Of a DNA stretch of 64,000 nucleotides, positions 40,159 to 54,686 are shown in pieces (the first letter of the stretch is position 1; each line of letters starts with the position of its first letter). The stretch spans positions 38,812,001 to 38,876,000 of the forward strand of contig OZ024756.1 in the NCBI GenBank assembly GCA_964016885.1, written 5' to 3'. A program made the position numbers and the translations under genes. The notes beneath the pieces are model-generated. The model worked only from the letters and a program-made list of their open reading frames with translations, searched no databases and was not told the DNA's origin. The stretch comes from Eledone cirrhosa. Taxonomy: Eukaryota.

Positions 40159-42094
40159 CAATGGCAAGGCACCTCAAGAATTGAATTTAATACTGTAGGC
40201 TTTTTTCTTTGTACAAATATCATATTCTTATCGCTTCAAGGGACCTCACCTAACACAGGACAACAGCCATAATTTACTACGTCTAGCATATATAAATATT
40301 TATTAAACTACTCAAGTATTTGCTTATCACTATCTGCATATCTTTAAACTGAAGAATTGTTGGGAAAAAATGTCCTCGGAATAGAAATATAAAGAGTTTT
40401 TTTAGTTCTAACTTATTTCCTCTGAACGGTCAAGCAGACATTTCTAATAAGTCTAATCTACATTTTGAAGAATATAATGTCGCCCACAAAATATATTGGG
40501 TGTGGCTTTCTTTAGATCAGGAGCTATATATATTTAAGTTAATATTATAAATTACACGGAATAATGCAAATTAGTAAGTACAGTTTTAAACTACTACTGT
40601 AGTTATAGATGGTGATGGTGGTGGTGGGGAGATACTAAACAGTAACTGGATAATTCCTTACTGCCCCTCACCTCCACCGAATATGTTGTTTATAAGTTAT
40701 ATCATAATTAAATTTAAATGGAATTGACTAATTCAAAGCAGAACGTTTTAATAAATATACAGCTCCTGCTTCACTTGTCTTTGGTGAAGCAGGGGACATA
40801 ACTAGAGTGATCATATTAATTTCCTGTGGGACTAACCCTTTGAAATATACTATCCTTAATGATATTTGAGTTGAAGGAAAAAAAACCCCCAAAACGAAAA
40901 GGCAAGATTTGAAAAGATTGGGTGAAAGAGAAAGAGAAGCATAAAAGGTAGAAATATATATTGCATGTATAATATTAATTTGTAAAGGAAGATATAAAAT
41001 AGTTTGCTAGCTCATCGTATTTTACATGTAACTTTATATAAAGGCCTGCTGTTTAGAATCTCAAACACTGATGACTTCTCCAAATATGGGCATACAAGTC
41101 TGTATTCACATGGGCAATACAAAATACTTTTTTTTTGTATTAATTAATATGTTTTCTTAATTAATAGCAGACGAATGACTTGAGCAGTACAACGAATAAT
41201 TATACTGTTTCACTCTGCACCAGAAATCTAATTGACTTATATTATTGGTACTTACTTAAATAATCCTCAAGGGGTGAAACGACTTTGGAGTTATTTTAAT
41301 CCAACATCCGCCTAGATTATTTTCATTAAGTTAATCATTTGGATTACTCTTGCTTTTATTTGACAAATAAATTTCCTCATAAATTTCCTCAAGTTGAAGC
41401 TCTTATATTTTAGGAGACCAATAGCGGACATGACCTTTATGCATTTCACAAAGTCATTAACAATATTTGTAGGATAAGAGGACTACAAATTAAAAGTAGT
41501 TGAATATTTCACATTTAACAAAACAAATGAGTTTTAATTTTCAAGGCAATCTTGTCGAATGTGTTCTTTCTTCGTTTTTAAGACGATGGTTTGATGGAGA
41601 TATCGCTGCTATAATAAACATAGTAATAAGCATTTAAAGATTTTAATGTCCAATATCATGTGTGGATATTTTAATCAGAAATTTTAACAAAATAGTGACA
41701 TCATAAAATAGCTACAGAAATTGTTATATTTAGGGAAGGTCACGTTGTCCTATATTGCCAGAAATATATATAGTAAAACACACTCACTGTATGGTTTGGT
41801 TTTCACTTCAGTATATTTTTATATTTCTATAAATAATTTAGCTGGTAATTAATGTTTATCATTGATTAACCAACAGTTAAAAATATAAATATCAATATAG
41901 TCGCAGCTACAGAAAGTTATTCGATAAGATTGCTATAGATTAATTAAAGTTTCTCCTCAAATTATCTAATTAAACTTACCTTAAAGGAAAATAATTAAAG
42001 CAGAAAAGTTGAAAAATATTATTCAGAAAAAAAAAAAAAAATTATCAGGAAAATGCTTCAATTAAACTACGATATTTTAGAATGTTAATATGGT

Positions 42095-42969
42095 TAGAAT
42101 GTCTCAGGAAAGAATCACTGGACAGATTTGAGAGATCATAGCTCTGATACTATGGGCATGTGGCTAGAATGTCTCAGGAAAGAATCACTGGACAGATTTG
42201 AGAGATCATAGCTCTGATACTATGGGCATGTGGCTAGAATGTCTCAGGAAAGAATCACTGGACAGATTTGAGAGATCATAGCTCTGATACTATGGGCATG
42301 TGGCTAGAATGTCTCAGGAAAGAATCACTGGACAGATTTGAGAGATCATAGCTCTGATACTATGGGCATGTGGCTAGAATGTCTCAGGAAAGAATCACTG
42401 GACAGATTTGAGAGATCATAGCTCTGATACTATGGGCATGTGGCTAGAATGTCTCAGGAAAGAATCACTGGACAGATTTGAGAGATCATAGCTCTGATAC
42501 TATGGGCATGTGGCTAGAATGTCTCAGGAAAGAATCACTGGACAGATTTGAGAGATCATAGCTCTGATACTATGGGCATGTGGCTAGAATGTCTCAGGAA
42601 AGAATCACTGGACAGATTTGAGAGATCATAGCTCTGATACTATGGGCATGTGGCTAGAATGTCTCAGGAAAGAATCACTGGACAGATTTGAGAGATCATA
42701 GCTCTGATACTATGGGCATGTGGCTAGAATGTCTCAGGAAAGAATCACTGGACAGATTTGAGAGATCATAGCTCTGATACTATGGGCATGTGGCTAGAAT
42801 GTCTCAGGAAAGAATCACTGGACAGATTTGAGAGATCATAGCTCTGATACTATGGGCATGTGGCTAGAATGTCTCAGGAAAGAATCACTGGACAGATTTG
42901 AGAGATCATAGCTCTGATACTATGGGCATGTGGCTAGAATGTCTCAGGAAAGAATCACTGGACAGATTT
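42095..42969 (+). repeat. 70-bp perfect tandem array (12.5 copies) of RTE coding sequence
   Basis: Unit tagaatgtctcaggaaagaatcactggacagatttgagagatcatagctctgatactatgggcatgtggc; runs into the RTE 3' end. Confidence 0.95.
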
Positions 42970-43170
42970 TTACAGGCAAAACCAACTGACAGGAGACCCA
43001 GAGGTAGACCCCGAGCAAGATGGCTGGATAAAATCCATGACTGGTCTCACTTGGGGATCAAGCCGGATCAGTTGGAGACGGTTGCTTTTAACAGGACCTG
43101 CTGGAAGGAGGAGGAGGACTCTGCCGCCACGACCTTCTCAGGAATAAGTGGGCAAAGGAGAAGAAGAAAC
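42900..43170 (+). mobile_element. RTE-clade LINE 3' end
   Basis: ..AKPTDRRPRGRPRARWLD..LETVAFNRTCWK; tail (AGA)n. Confidence 0.85.
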
Positions 43171-43414
43171 ATTAGAAGAGCTGTCTTGTATTAAATAAAA
43201 CACAGGGAAGAAATAAAGAGATTTTAGGATTTCAGGTGTTTAACGTTGTTTTGTAAATGAAATAACCAATTAATTTCATTTTATTAATTTTTATTTTCAA
43301 TGTTTCCTGTCTCTTAACTGATGTTACATATCTTCTTTCAATACTTCTCTTGCTGGGTATTGCTAACACACACATACACACACATACACACACATACACA
43401 CGGTCACGGTCACG

Positions 43415-43450
<36 letters not shown>

Positions 43451-45039
43451 TATCATACACTCACGTAAAGACATACTTAGACCCCCCCCCCTCAACAAAA
43501 ACAAACCTACATGTCAACGTATAATTACACACACACGCACACACATGTACACACACGTACACTCACACACACACACACACACACACACACATGGATCCGA
43601 TCATCATACACTCACGCAAAGACATACTTACCCCTCAAAATACCCCCCAAAAAATAAAAACCAATCTACATGCAAACGTATAATTACACACACACACACA
43701 CGTACACACACGCACACGCACACATACACACACGCTCATCATATACTCACGCAAAGACATACTTACACCCCCCCCCCGTACATGCAAACACATAAAACAA
43801 ACAACATACATGCAAACATATACAAAATACACACAAAAACAACACAACATGCATGTGTTTATATGTTTCTGCTATAAGAAGTGAGTATTTCTCAAGAATT
43901 CTATAAAACAAATTCCATTAAGTTTCCAAGATTGCACTTGATACTGTTGATTATTCTCTGTGGAATATCCTGATAGCAATCACTAGAGAATTCCTTCAAA
44001 CTTAGATCCACCCTGTTGCACAAGCTCTAATTCGTTACTCCCTTAAAACTATATGGTATATATTATTTTATATGAGATTTATATTCGTTTGTATGTGTCG
44101 GCGTCTCTATTACTTCATTCCATATATTTGTTTATCTCCAAACGCACATGGGTATGTATATCTTTAAATGGCTGAATGATTGCAGAATATCTACTTAAAA
44201 TAGAAATTTGAAGTTTCCTTGGTTCCTAACGGGTCTGGGATTCAATGGCTACCAAAAAGTACAAAAGCAAATTTTATAATCTTTATAAAAATATGCGTTT
44301 TAGTTGTCTGCTCCCGATTTTTTCTTTTTTTTTTTTCTTTTCTCTCCTGTTGTATTAATACCAGCTGGGCAACAGATTTCTATAACCTAAGGCATATTTC
44401 TTCTTTACTATATTTACAATTTATAGATGTCTACTTTGGAATGTTTAGCGCTAATTCTTCATATCTAGAGCTGCAAATGCAACCATTAACATTTATTTTT
44501 AACGCCAATATCTTTCAACAACTACTGTCGTTTTTACTGACGAAATGTGTCTAATAGGCAAGTAGTATATTGCTGGGGTACTTAGGGAACTGCTCTTTAG
44601 ACCACGTATCTCTTATATAAACATATTATGACTTACGCTTGTTGTTAATTATTTGTAGTATTAGTATTATTAGTCATTTATAGATATATTTATCTCCATT
44701 TGTTTGACAGATATATAATAGTTATCTCTAGGAGAAATTACAGCTGGGGCGAATCTTTGGTGTCGAACTACCGGTTAATAGAATGACACACACCTTTTTT
44801 GGAATTGTTCCATTAGCTATGATAAAATCATTTAATTCTCGTTATCTCAATTCACTTAGCTGTAAATATCTACCAGCATAAAGCAGAGTTATAGACTACG
44901 TCAAGCATCAAGTAGTGTGTCAGCTTTCAGTGTCGAGTTCAAGTATAAACATCAAGCAATCTTGAAATCAGTTCAGTCTTGCCATTGAAGCCAGACACAA
45001 GTTGATTACGGATCTAGTCATGTTAATAATTGTTCATTT

Positions 45040-45362
45040 ATTTAATTAGTTGTATAACTGGCTCTTTTTTAAAAAATTACTCGATACTTCCCCTAATCTG
45101 TTATGGCTTACTAGCTCTATACGGACGTTTAAATTGAATGAATAAACAATAAGTTACTATATGGAGTACTCGTTACTTCCACTAGTCTGTCATGGCTTAC
45201 TAGCTCTATACGGGCGTTTAAAATAAATAGAATAAATAAATAAATAATAAGTTACTGTAAGGGTTACTCGATACTTCCACTAGTCTGTCATGGCTTACTA
45301 GCTCTATACGGACGTTTAACTAGAATAAATAAATATATATATAAATAAATAATAAGTTACTA
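45040..45362. repeat. ~90-110-bp unit, three imperfect tandem copies
   Basis: Repeated tactcg.tacttcc.cta.tctgt.atggcttactagctctatacgg. Confidence 0.85.
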
Positions 45363-45699
45363 TCAGGATCAGATGAACTCCAGACTCTAAATTTGATTCT
45401 TTCAATTAGAAAAGGTTCTTTGAGAAGTTGATTACCATAATTGAAATACAAATGGTAATGTCACTCACTTCTCTCTCTCTTGTCCATACAATTTCTGTTT
45501 TGGATTTCATCAAATTTCTAAATGTGATGTCTACCATAAATTATTGCCATAACTACTGACATATAATAGTCATCGTTAGAGGATTGTTTGTTTTAGAAAG
45601 AAATATTATATTGCTATATTTTATAAACAAGAAAGATACTCTTACGTTTCTATTAGTATTATCTATAACATAATATTGTAGTGAATGTATTACAGACCG

Positions 45700-45835
45700 T
45701 CCCGCCGAGGTTAACTTTGTTTTCCATCATTACGGGGTCGATAAAATAAAGTACCAGTCACGCACTGGGGTCAATTTAATCGACCCCCCCCCTCCTCCAA
45801 AATTGCTGGCCTTGTGCCTATATAAGAAACCATTA
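45700..45835 (+). mobile_element. 5'-truncated SINE inside a ~45-bp direct duplication
   Basis: attatctataac.taatattgtagtgaatgtat.acagaccgtccc occurs on both sides (~45658-45703 and ~45832-45877). Confidence 0.75.
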
Positions 45836-46950
45836 TCTATAACCTAATATTGTAGTGAATGTATCACAGACCGTCCCATCTATAACAGGATTTTCCAAAA
45901 CTCATTTCCGGATCGATGGATTTTGGCTAAGAGACGCTAGGTCTCTTGTCCGTGGATGAAGTAGAATGCTTCCAGGGAAGGAACTATACGTTATTGGCTG
46001 GGGCTTCGTTTGCCTTAAACATGTGAGAGGGACAAACCAGCCTTTGTTGATTCTTAAAGGAGCATAAATTGCTTATGCTGCCTTTCCCGGACCCTATCAC
46101 ATAAGTAACATTTTACGCTAATTAAATTTTATATATTCAAATGAAGTTCAGATATAAAAAAAAAATAAGCTTAAAAAGAATTTATTATATCAAATAAACA
46201 AAAAATAAAATATAGACGCTTGAAAGAGTGTGGGGGGACTTGTCTCCTGGTACCCCCCTAAAACAAGGCCCTTGGTTCAGGGAGGGGGCGGGGCTTGTCA
46301 CCTGGTACCCTCATGAAGCAAAGCCCTTGGTTATTGGTCATATATATTTCACCTACATTTTGTTTGATAATCGCTATTCTAACAGCTAATAACCTAAATA
46401 TTTACTTAATAGAACAATTTGTAAAATAAGCTAATTAGCCAGTAAATAGATACATTTTTAATATATAAATGTTCTGGTAGATAAAGAGCTCAGTTAAATA
46501 ACGGAGGTGTACGCTAGAAATCTTTAGAAAAAGAAAACCTATTAAAAGTAGTTTTGTTTGTTCCACATCAGACTTCATTGCAATCATAATACAAGCCGTA
46601 GTGAGAATACAGTAACATTTACTTATTCACTACTTAGAATGTTTACTCTCGCGTGATTTATGGGGTCTGTTGGCGTTAAAAAGTTATCTTGGGAATTATT
46701 TAAATCTCTTTCCACATTAACAACACAGTGCCACCTAGTTTGTTTAGTCGAGTCATTTTCTAAAAACGGTTAAAATGTTTATAAACCCTATAATGGACCT
46801 GCACATATTCTCACTTGTCAGCCTTTCTCAATGTAGCTTTTTATTGAATATCAACCCTTTTAGACTCTAAAACACATAAAATGTCAAAATCCCCTAACTA
46901 GCTGGTGTTTATTCTGACGGAGTTTAAAGTCCCCAAATGTTTTCAAGTAT

Positions 46951-47131
46951 TTGCCAGTATCGGTAGAGGGTCGGACGCCATGCTTTGACGTATAGAGTTA
47001 CGGTCCTTGCCATTCTGAGTTCAAATCCCGCCGAGGTTAACTTTGCCTTTCAACTTTACGGGGTCAATAACATAAAGTACCAGTAATGCACTAGGTTATT
47101 GCTGGCCTTGTGCCAAATGTAGAAACAATTA
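46951..47131 (+). mobile_element. tRNA-derived SINE (major family)
   Basis: Family head and body. Confidence 0.85.
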
Positions 47132-47565
47132 TTTTAAATGAAGTTATACATCAGTAATGTCTTTCCAATGTTGAAATCTCTCCTTGCCAGGCTCTAAATA
47201 TTTGAATTGGAATTATTTTAAAAGATCACCCGTAATAATTTCTAATTTTAAATTATATATGGTCCCGTAACCCCTAATAGAGTCGTAGGGTCGCCGTATT
47301 GACATACGGCGTTTCTTGGGCATTTTAAGCCTGGCGGAACCCATCCCTCTCCAGGCCTGAATACAGCAGATTTCTTCCAGAGAGAGAAAGAATCGACCCC
47401 AGTACTAGACTGGTACTTTGTTATCGACCTCGAAAGGATGAAAGGCATTTTTTAAATTACAGTAGCTAAAAACTATAGTATAAACGGTGACCAGAGTTAA
47501 AGTTAATTCTGTGAAGGAAATAGTTGTCTCTTTAAATTGGGGAATTGATATAAGTAGATAACAAT

Positions 47566-47782
47566 AAGGATTTCTACTATAAGCACAAGGCCAGCAATTT
47601 GGGGGGAGGGGAAGTCAATTAAATCGACCCAGTGCATTACTGGTATTTTATTTTATCATCCTGGTAAGGATGAAAGGCAAAGCTAACCTAGGTGGTATTT
47701 CAACTTAGAACGTAAAGGGTCGTAACTCTATGCCGCAAAGCATGTTGACCGACGTTCAAGCGATTTTTGAAATCAACCGCTC
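47566..47782 (-). mobile_element. tRNA-derived SINE (major family)
   Basis: Family head and body on the minus strand. Confidence 0.85.
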
Positions 47783-48473
47783 TAACAATGATATAACTTC
47801 TAGAGCTCTCTTCATTCTCAATATATTCAGAAATCTGAAGAGTCTCTTCGTGTATGTGTGTGTGAGTGTGTGTATGTATGTGTGTGTGTGTGTGTGAGTG
47901 TGTGTATGTATGTGTGTGTGTGTCTGTGTGTCTGTGTGTGTGTTATTGTCGAACGTAAATAGGAATAGTTTTGATAGTAACCCAGATGCTTGACAAACTT
48001 AACAAAGGAAACATCCAGACTTACTTATAAATACTATTTGTTTATACAAATAGCAGGAAGGTCAGGTCCCCCAGAGGAATATATACCAGCTGTAGGGGCC
48101 AAATTCTGTGTTTAATATTGTTTGCAATTTATGATTTAGCAAAAACTAGAAATGTTTTCCAAGAAGTAATTAAGATGAAAATTTTTCCCGGGGCCACACA
48201 GACAGTCAATATAAAGGGAAAAGGTATATTTGAAAGAACAAACCCTTATTTTGACAACTGAAGCCGATATATAGTTAACTGGAAAACAGCGACAACTGAA
48301 ATTCACATATTTACAGCAACAACTAAGAACTCTTTAATCTGAGAGGAATTCACATTAGTAAATATCTGAGATGTCTCATAACACAGACAAAATGTCTCAA
48401 GTGAGGGTACTTAAAAAGGTATATGTGAGGGAGTATATATATATGTACTATATAGATCTCACGTATATATATA

Positions 48474-48508
<35 letters not shown>

Positions 48509-48603
48509 GTATATATATATATTGGGAAAATAAAAAAACAAAAACAATAACAAGGAGTGCAGTTACGAACAGTGTTGGTATTAGGTTCACGGTTGAGAGT
48601 GGG

Positions 48604-48669
<66 letters not shown>

Positions 48670-48799
48670 CACGCACACACGCATATTGTAATTGATATAA
48701 TAAGCTTTACGCGTTTAAAGACTGAGAGAGGAGTGCGAGTTCCCAGAAAGATATATTTGTAAGGGTTCCGTTGGAAATGCTTGAAAGAAAATATTAGAG

Positions 48800-48845
<46 letters not shown>

Positions 48846-49217
48846 AATGTAACGTGCAGTTACTGTAGGCTCACCCGACTGAGCACTCGATGCGTAGTGC
48901 GTAGTTTCCAGTCTGTAAAGAGGTGTAGAACTAAACACAGTGTATATATATATATATATATATATATCGCAAGTAAGTATGTTTTGAAACAGTGAGCAGG
49001 TTTGAAATTAGAAAATAGAATAGCTTTCACCGTATTTTTGACTAAAGGAATTTTAGCCTGATAATGGGGTTTAGAACCCTCAGATAAATGGAAAAAGATG
49101 AGTATTGACGTAGTACGACCCCGTAAGGATGAAAGGCAAAGTTAACCTCGGCGGAATTAAGAATCCTTATAATGGTAACATTCTTCTTGTGACAGTGTCA
49201 GCATATTTCCATACTTT

Positions 49218-49394
49218 TGGTATCGATCTCTTATGCCATACCTTAGTGATCGGTTTATCTCGACTCTCTGTGGTATCGATTTCTCTTGCCATATTTTAGT
49301 GATCAGTTTTTCCCGACTGTCGGAGGTATCGATCTATCTTGCCATATTTTAGTGATGGGTTTATCTCGGCTGTCGGAGGTATCGATCTCTCTTG
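49218..49394. repeat. ~53-bp unit, 3+ imperfect tandem copies
   Basis: Repeated ggtatcgat.t.t.t.tgccata..ttagtgat. Confidence 0.8.
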
Positions 49395-50598
49395 AAATGT
49401 AGGGATAAAATAAAGTACCAGTCACGCACTGGGGTCGATATAATCGACTTTCCCCTCCTTCCCTTTAAATTGCTGGCCCCTTGTACCTAAAGAAGAAACA
49501 ATTATTTTCAAAAGAATTCTTCTTGTTGTTTTGATACAATAACATAAAGACAAGAAAAGATAAGAGAAGACAAAACACGTGACCGGAAGTTTCTACAAGA
49601 AAACTGCTTCGGTAAAAATCCATGAATAAAAATGTTAGGTAATATATGAATGGCGATCACAGGAATGGCGGAATTGGTATAGCAACTCATTCTTGTCCTT
49701 CGTCACTGTTAGCAGTGAGACATTTCATCACTAATTAAGCAAATGAATTTGAAATATTTCCTTGATGGCGTCAGTATTTAACTACATTAGCTCCCATCCT
49801 CCATCCGCCATCTTCGATAGATGGGAATGCTGAGAAAGCTAACACCTTCTTACTATTTAACAGAAGAAGAAGAAGAAGAAGAAGAAGAAGAAGAAGAAGA
49901 AGAAAAAAATGGTGGGGGTCGGGGGGAAATGTTGATCGCTCGACATGAGATAAATTGTTGATAAAAATACACAGACAAGTGGAGTGTGGAAGGATTAAAA
50001 ACAAAAATAAATTAACACACATGTAGGAGAGAGATAACAGTTTTTAGCTTCTCTTTTCCTCTCTATTTTTTAGGAGGAAATTTCAGACGCTATTAGCTAG
50101 GTGAGGAATGTTTAAAGAATGATGAATTAGCTGTTTTTTTCTTTGTATTTTGTTTTTGTCTGGTGCTAAATTTTCGGGCTGATTAGGATAATTAATGCGT
50201 TCATTACGAAAGCAACTGAGTTAATATGAAATATAATAATCTTGTTTTTTTCTGTGTAACACGAGACACACAATCGAATGTAATTTCAGTTGAAAATGGA
50301 TGCCATTGGAATCATTATCTCTGCTGTTTTATTAGTGTCAGATAAATCTTTCTATAGTACATTCATTGATATAGTTTTCACTTGTAAGGATTCAAAGGAA
50401 TTGATGCTAAATTTAGGTTTATCAACGAGAGGCTGTCAAGTAGTTTTATCTATTGATGAGTTCTTATCTTGTAAATGTTTCATCTCTTCTGTTACGTGTC
50501 AATTATTGATAATCGTTTCTAACTCACCAGGTATTGAAAGCGTATTAGAAGATAAATATATAAAAAAAAAGCTACACGAATCTACGTGCTTATGATAC

Positions 50599-50676
<78 letters not shown>

Positions 50677-50715
50677 TTATATATATTTATATATATATTT
50701 ATATATATATATATT

Positions 50716-50746
<31 letters not shown>

Positions 50747-51008
50747 ATTTATATATATATACATTCATTTGTTTTATTGATTTATTGATATTTTATCTGA
50801 GTGTCCCGAATCTTCCAGATCGTAATTTTTCGGTCGTATGGTTGATTTTAGACATGTTCTATGTGTGTCGGTATTTTAACGATAGTTATAGCTCTAATTT
50901 ATCTGAATTATTGAGCCCTCTGCCGCTCATTTCGAATTTTGTTTATCGTGAACTCGTGCGCCGATTTTTCGATACTCGATTATTCTACTATATATATATT
51001 TATATATA

Positions 51009-51147
<139 letters not shown>

Positions 51148-51160
51148 ATATTTATATATT

Positions 51161-51328
<168 letters not shown>

Positions 51329-51502
51329 AATGGAAATTTAGTAAAATCGAAGTTCTGGCTGTGGCCAAGCTAACCATATACAGTTAGGAATGTGCAGCAA
51401 AGCACTCGACGAGGTTGTGTCACCTTCCAGTAATAACATACGTTAGATAGCTTGACAAATTGAAAACTGCGACCGGTGAACCCAGCCACATGAAACCAAA
51501 GC

Positions 51503-51563
<61 letters not shown>

Positions 51564-51692
51564 AAAGTTTTATTTAAAATTGTTGGGTTACAACGAGTAA
51601 ATATTTTATAACTGATATAAAAGCACTCAACAGCTTTTGGAGTAGGTTTACGATATTAAACAAATGGAAACTATATTTATAAAACCATATTT

Positions 51693-51756
51693 ATTTCATT
51701 ATACATATTTCTGGGATATCATATTAAAAATATGGTATGCCTTCCTCAGACAAAAT
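51693..51756 (-). ncRNA. Hammerhead motif (family H, minus arm)
   Basis: Reverse complement: ATTTTGT-CTGAGGA-AGGCATACCATAT..ATATGATATCCCA-GAAA-TATGTA-TA-ATGAAAT. Confidence 0.65.
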
Positions 51757-51901
51757 ACAATATATAAGCCGTTTTATAAATAAATTTGACATGCCTTAAA
51801 ATAATGCAACTTCCATTTAAACTACCAAATCAACTTTTTAAATGGAAGTTGCATTATTTTAAGGCATGTCAAATTTATTTATAAAACGGCTTATATATTG
51901 T

Positions 51902-51965
51902 ATTTTGTCTGAGGAAGGCATACCATATTTTTAATATGATATCCCAGAAAAATATATAATGAAAT
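51902..51965 (+). ncRNA. Hammerhead motif (family H, plus arm; stem III altered)
   Basis: Mirror of 51693-51756, but with GAAA-AATATA-TA. Confidence 0.55.
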
Positions 51966-52037
51966 AAATATGGTTTTATAAATATAGTTTCCATTTGTTT
52001 AATATCGTATATATACATATATATATACATATATAAG

Positions 52038-52201
52038 TTTATCCCGGGTTCAATTTGGGGTAACCACAGTAAGTAAGGTACTCAATACATAGCAGAGTAT
52101 AAATTATTAATATAGAAATGGCTTCTACTGGACTAGAACTGTTTCATTCCTGATGATTTTTCCCGAATGAAACAGTTCTAGTCCTGTAGAAGCCATTTCT
52201 A
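52038..52201 (-). mobile_element. PLE-like foldback element, family C copy 2
   Basis: Arms ~52113-52149/52165-52201; the turn lies at CTGATGA 52150-52156. Confidence 0.7.
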
Positions 52202-52202
52202 A

Positions 52203-52357
<155 letters not shown>

Positions 52358-52415
52358 TGTATGTATATATATATATATATATAAATATGTATGTATATAT
52401 ATATATATAAATATG

Positions 52416-52454
<39 letters not shown>

Positions 52455-52591
52455 ATATATATATATGTATGTATATATATATATATATGTATGTGTATAT
52501 ATATATATATATGTATGTATATATATATATATATATATGTATGTATATATATATATATATGTATGTATATATATATATATATATATGTATG

Positions 52592-52695
<104 letters not shown>

Positions 52696-52700
52696 CATAC

Positions 52701-52731
<31 letters not shown>

Positions 52732-52732
<1 letters not shown>

Positions 52733-53340
52733 GGTGGCTGCCAACTCGTTTTCGAGTACGGCCACTACTTTATATCCATGTAGGAGAACCCCTACCGATG
52801 CGCTGAACGAGTGTGACTTTTTAGTCGAGCCAGCGACTTGAAAACTCTGGTACAAACACTACACTTGTGACAATTACTGACACATAGTGCTGGGCCCATG
52901 GTACCATGTGACGACAAGTGCAGAGAGATCTCCAGATATAAAGCAATGCCTGTGCCGTGAAGCTTTTATAGTGAGCAAAGGCACTGCACAAAGCCAGTCC
53001 CACTCTCTTAACCAAGATGATATTTACCAAAAAGAAGAACAAGTCAACATCATTGGATACCATCAGGGTTGCAGGTGTTATATCAGAGTTTTCCTTCTCC
53101 TAGAATTCTGCCTTGACAAAGGCTAAGGGGTCATCTCTCCCGGTGATTTTGGATGGCCATTGACTCTTAAGAGCTCCTTTGCCCTTTGACAGGTTTTGTT
53201 TTTAGTCCTGCAGGATGTCCAAAGTCACCCTCCTCACCAAGAAACCTTGGTGGGGTTGCCAGTTTAGTCGCCAACGACCCGACCATGGGACAGGTTGTAC
53301 TGGGATACATGTTACCAGTAGCACCAACTGGTGACCTGAC
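52732..53340 (-). mobile_element. Probable RTE-related repeat (LINE ends or RTE-derived SINE); end motif repeated at ~53910-53947
   Basis: GC-richer block between microsatellites; terminal tggcc.tactcga.aacgag..ggcagcca.cat is shared by two copies. Confidence 0.4.
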
Positions 53341-53699
53341 ATACATACATACATACATACATACACACATACACACATACATGTATACACACATACATAC
53401 ATACACACATACATACATACATACATACATACATACATACATACATACATACACACATACATACATACACACGTACACACATACATACATACATACATAC
53501 ATACACACATACACACATACACACATACATGTATACACACATACACACATACATACACACATACATACATACATACATACATACACACATACATGTATAC
53601 ACACATACATACATACACACATACACACATACATACACACATACATACATACACACATACATACACACATACATACATACATACATGTTAGTTGCTATC

Positions 53700-53739
<40 letters not shown>

Positions 53740-53818
53740 GCTTATGTGCGTGCGTGTGTGTGTATATATATATGAATATGTATATTATTATTGTTGTTGT
53801 CGTTATTATTATTATTGC

Positions 53819-53885
<67 letters not shown>

Positions 53886-53998
53886 TTTTTTTTTTTTTTT
53901 TTTTTTTGTGCAATGGCCATACTCGATAACGAGGGGGCAGCCATCATGTATGTATGTGTGTATGTATATATATATATACATATATATATATATGTATA

Positions 53999-54055
<57 letters not shown>

Positions 54056-54343
54056 GTATATATATATATATATATGTATACGTGACTGTGAACAAAACTT
54101 CTTAATCCTTCAGTCATAAACTGGTTGAGGCAAACACACACACACACACACACACATGTATATACGTATATACATATGTATCTTTATGTGTGCGTATATA
54201 TATATAAATATATATGTATGTATGTATGCATGTATCTATCTATATATATATCTACACATACATATATACAAGGTGTTCCCCCAAAATGTATGCACACTTC
54301 AACACCATTCTAATAAATATGTGTATATATTTTTGGGGGACAC

Positions 54344-54374
<31 letters not shown>

Positions 54375-54378
<4 letters not shown>

Positions 54379-54534
54379 ATAATAATAAATTTGAAGACTA
54401 AAATCCAAAGAGGGCTCGATAAGGATAAATATATATCAAATATGTAAGAATCCTAGAGCAAATATTTATTAAAATAACAGATTAAAGTTTAAGCAAAGAA
54501 TCGCTGCTTTCGCCCTTAAGGGTGTTATTTTAAT
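54375..54534. mobile_element. Rearranged family-G PLE end
   Basis: Plus-strand ORF end ([20 protein letters not shown]), then a minus-strand tail that turns back at HHR stem II (gcccttaagggt). Confidence 0.7.
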
Positions 54535-54593
54535 ACACACACACACACACAGATATATATATATATATATATATATAAACATGTATAAACAGT

Positions 54594-54686
<93 letters not shown>

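Larger units (their letters stand above)
51561..52009 (-). mobile_element. PLE-like foldback element, family H
   Basis: ~173-bp near-perfect arms 51649-51821/51837-52009; HHR in each arm; ACTC..GAGTGCT hairpin 51622-51643; (TA)n flanks. Confidence 0.8.

Noticed and set aside
49795-49830. CGCCATCTT (YY1-like) as promoter of the CUB gene
   Set aside because: A single short motif is insufficient evidence.
50290-50595. 101-aa ORF with a hydrophobic start as first coding exon
   Set aside because: No recognisable domain and no convincing in-phase donor; cannot be supported without transcripts.
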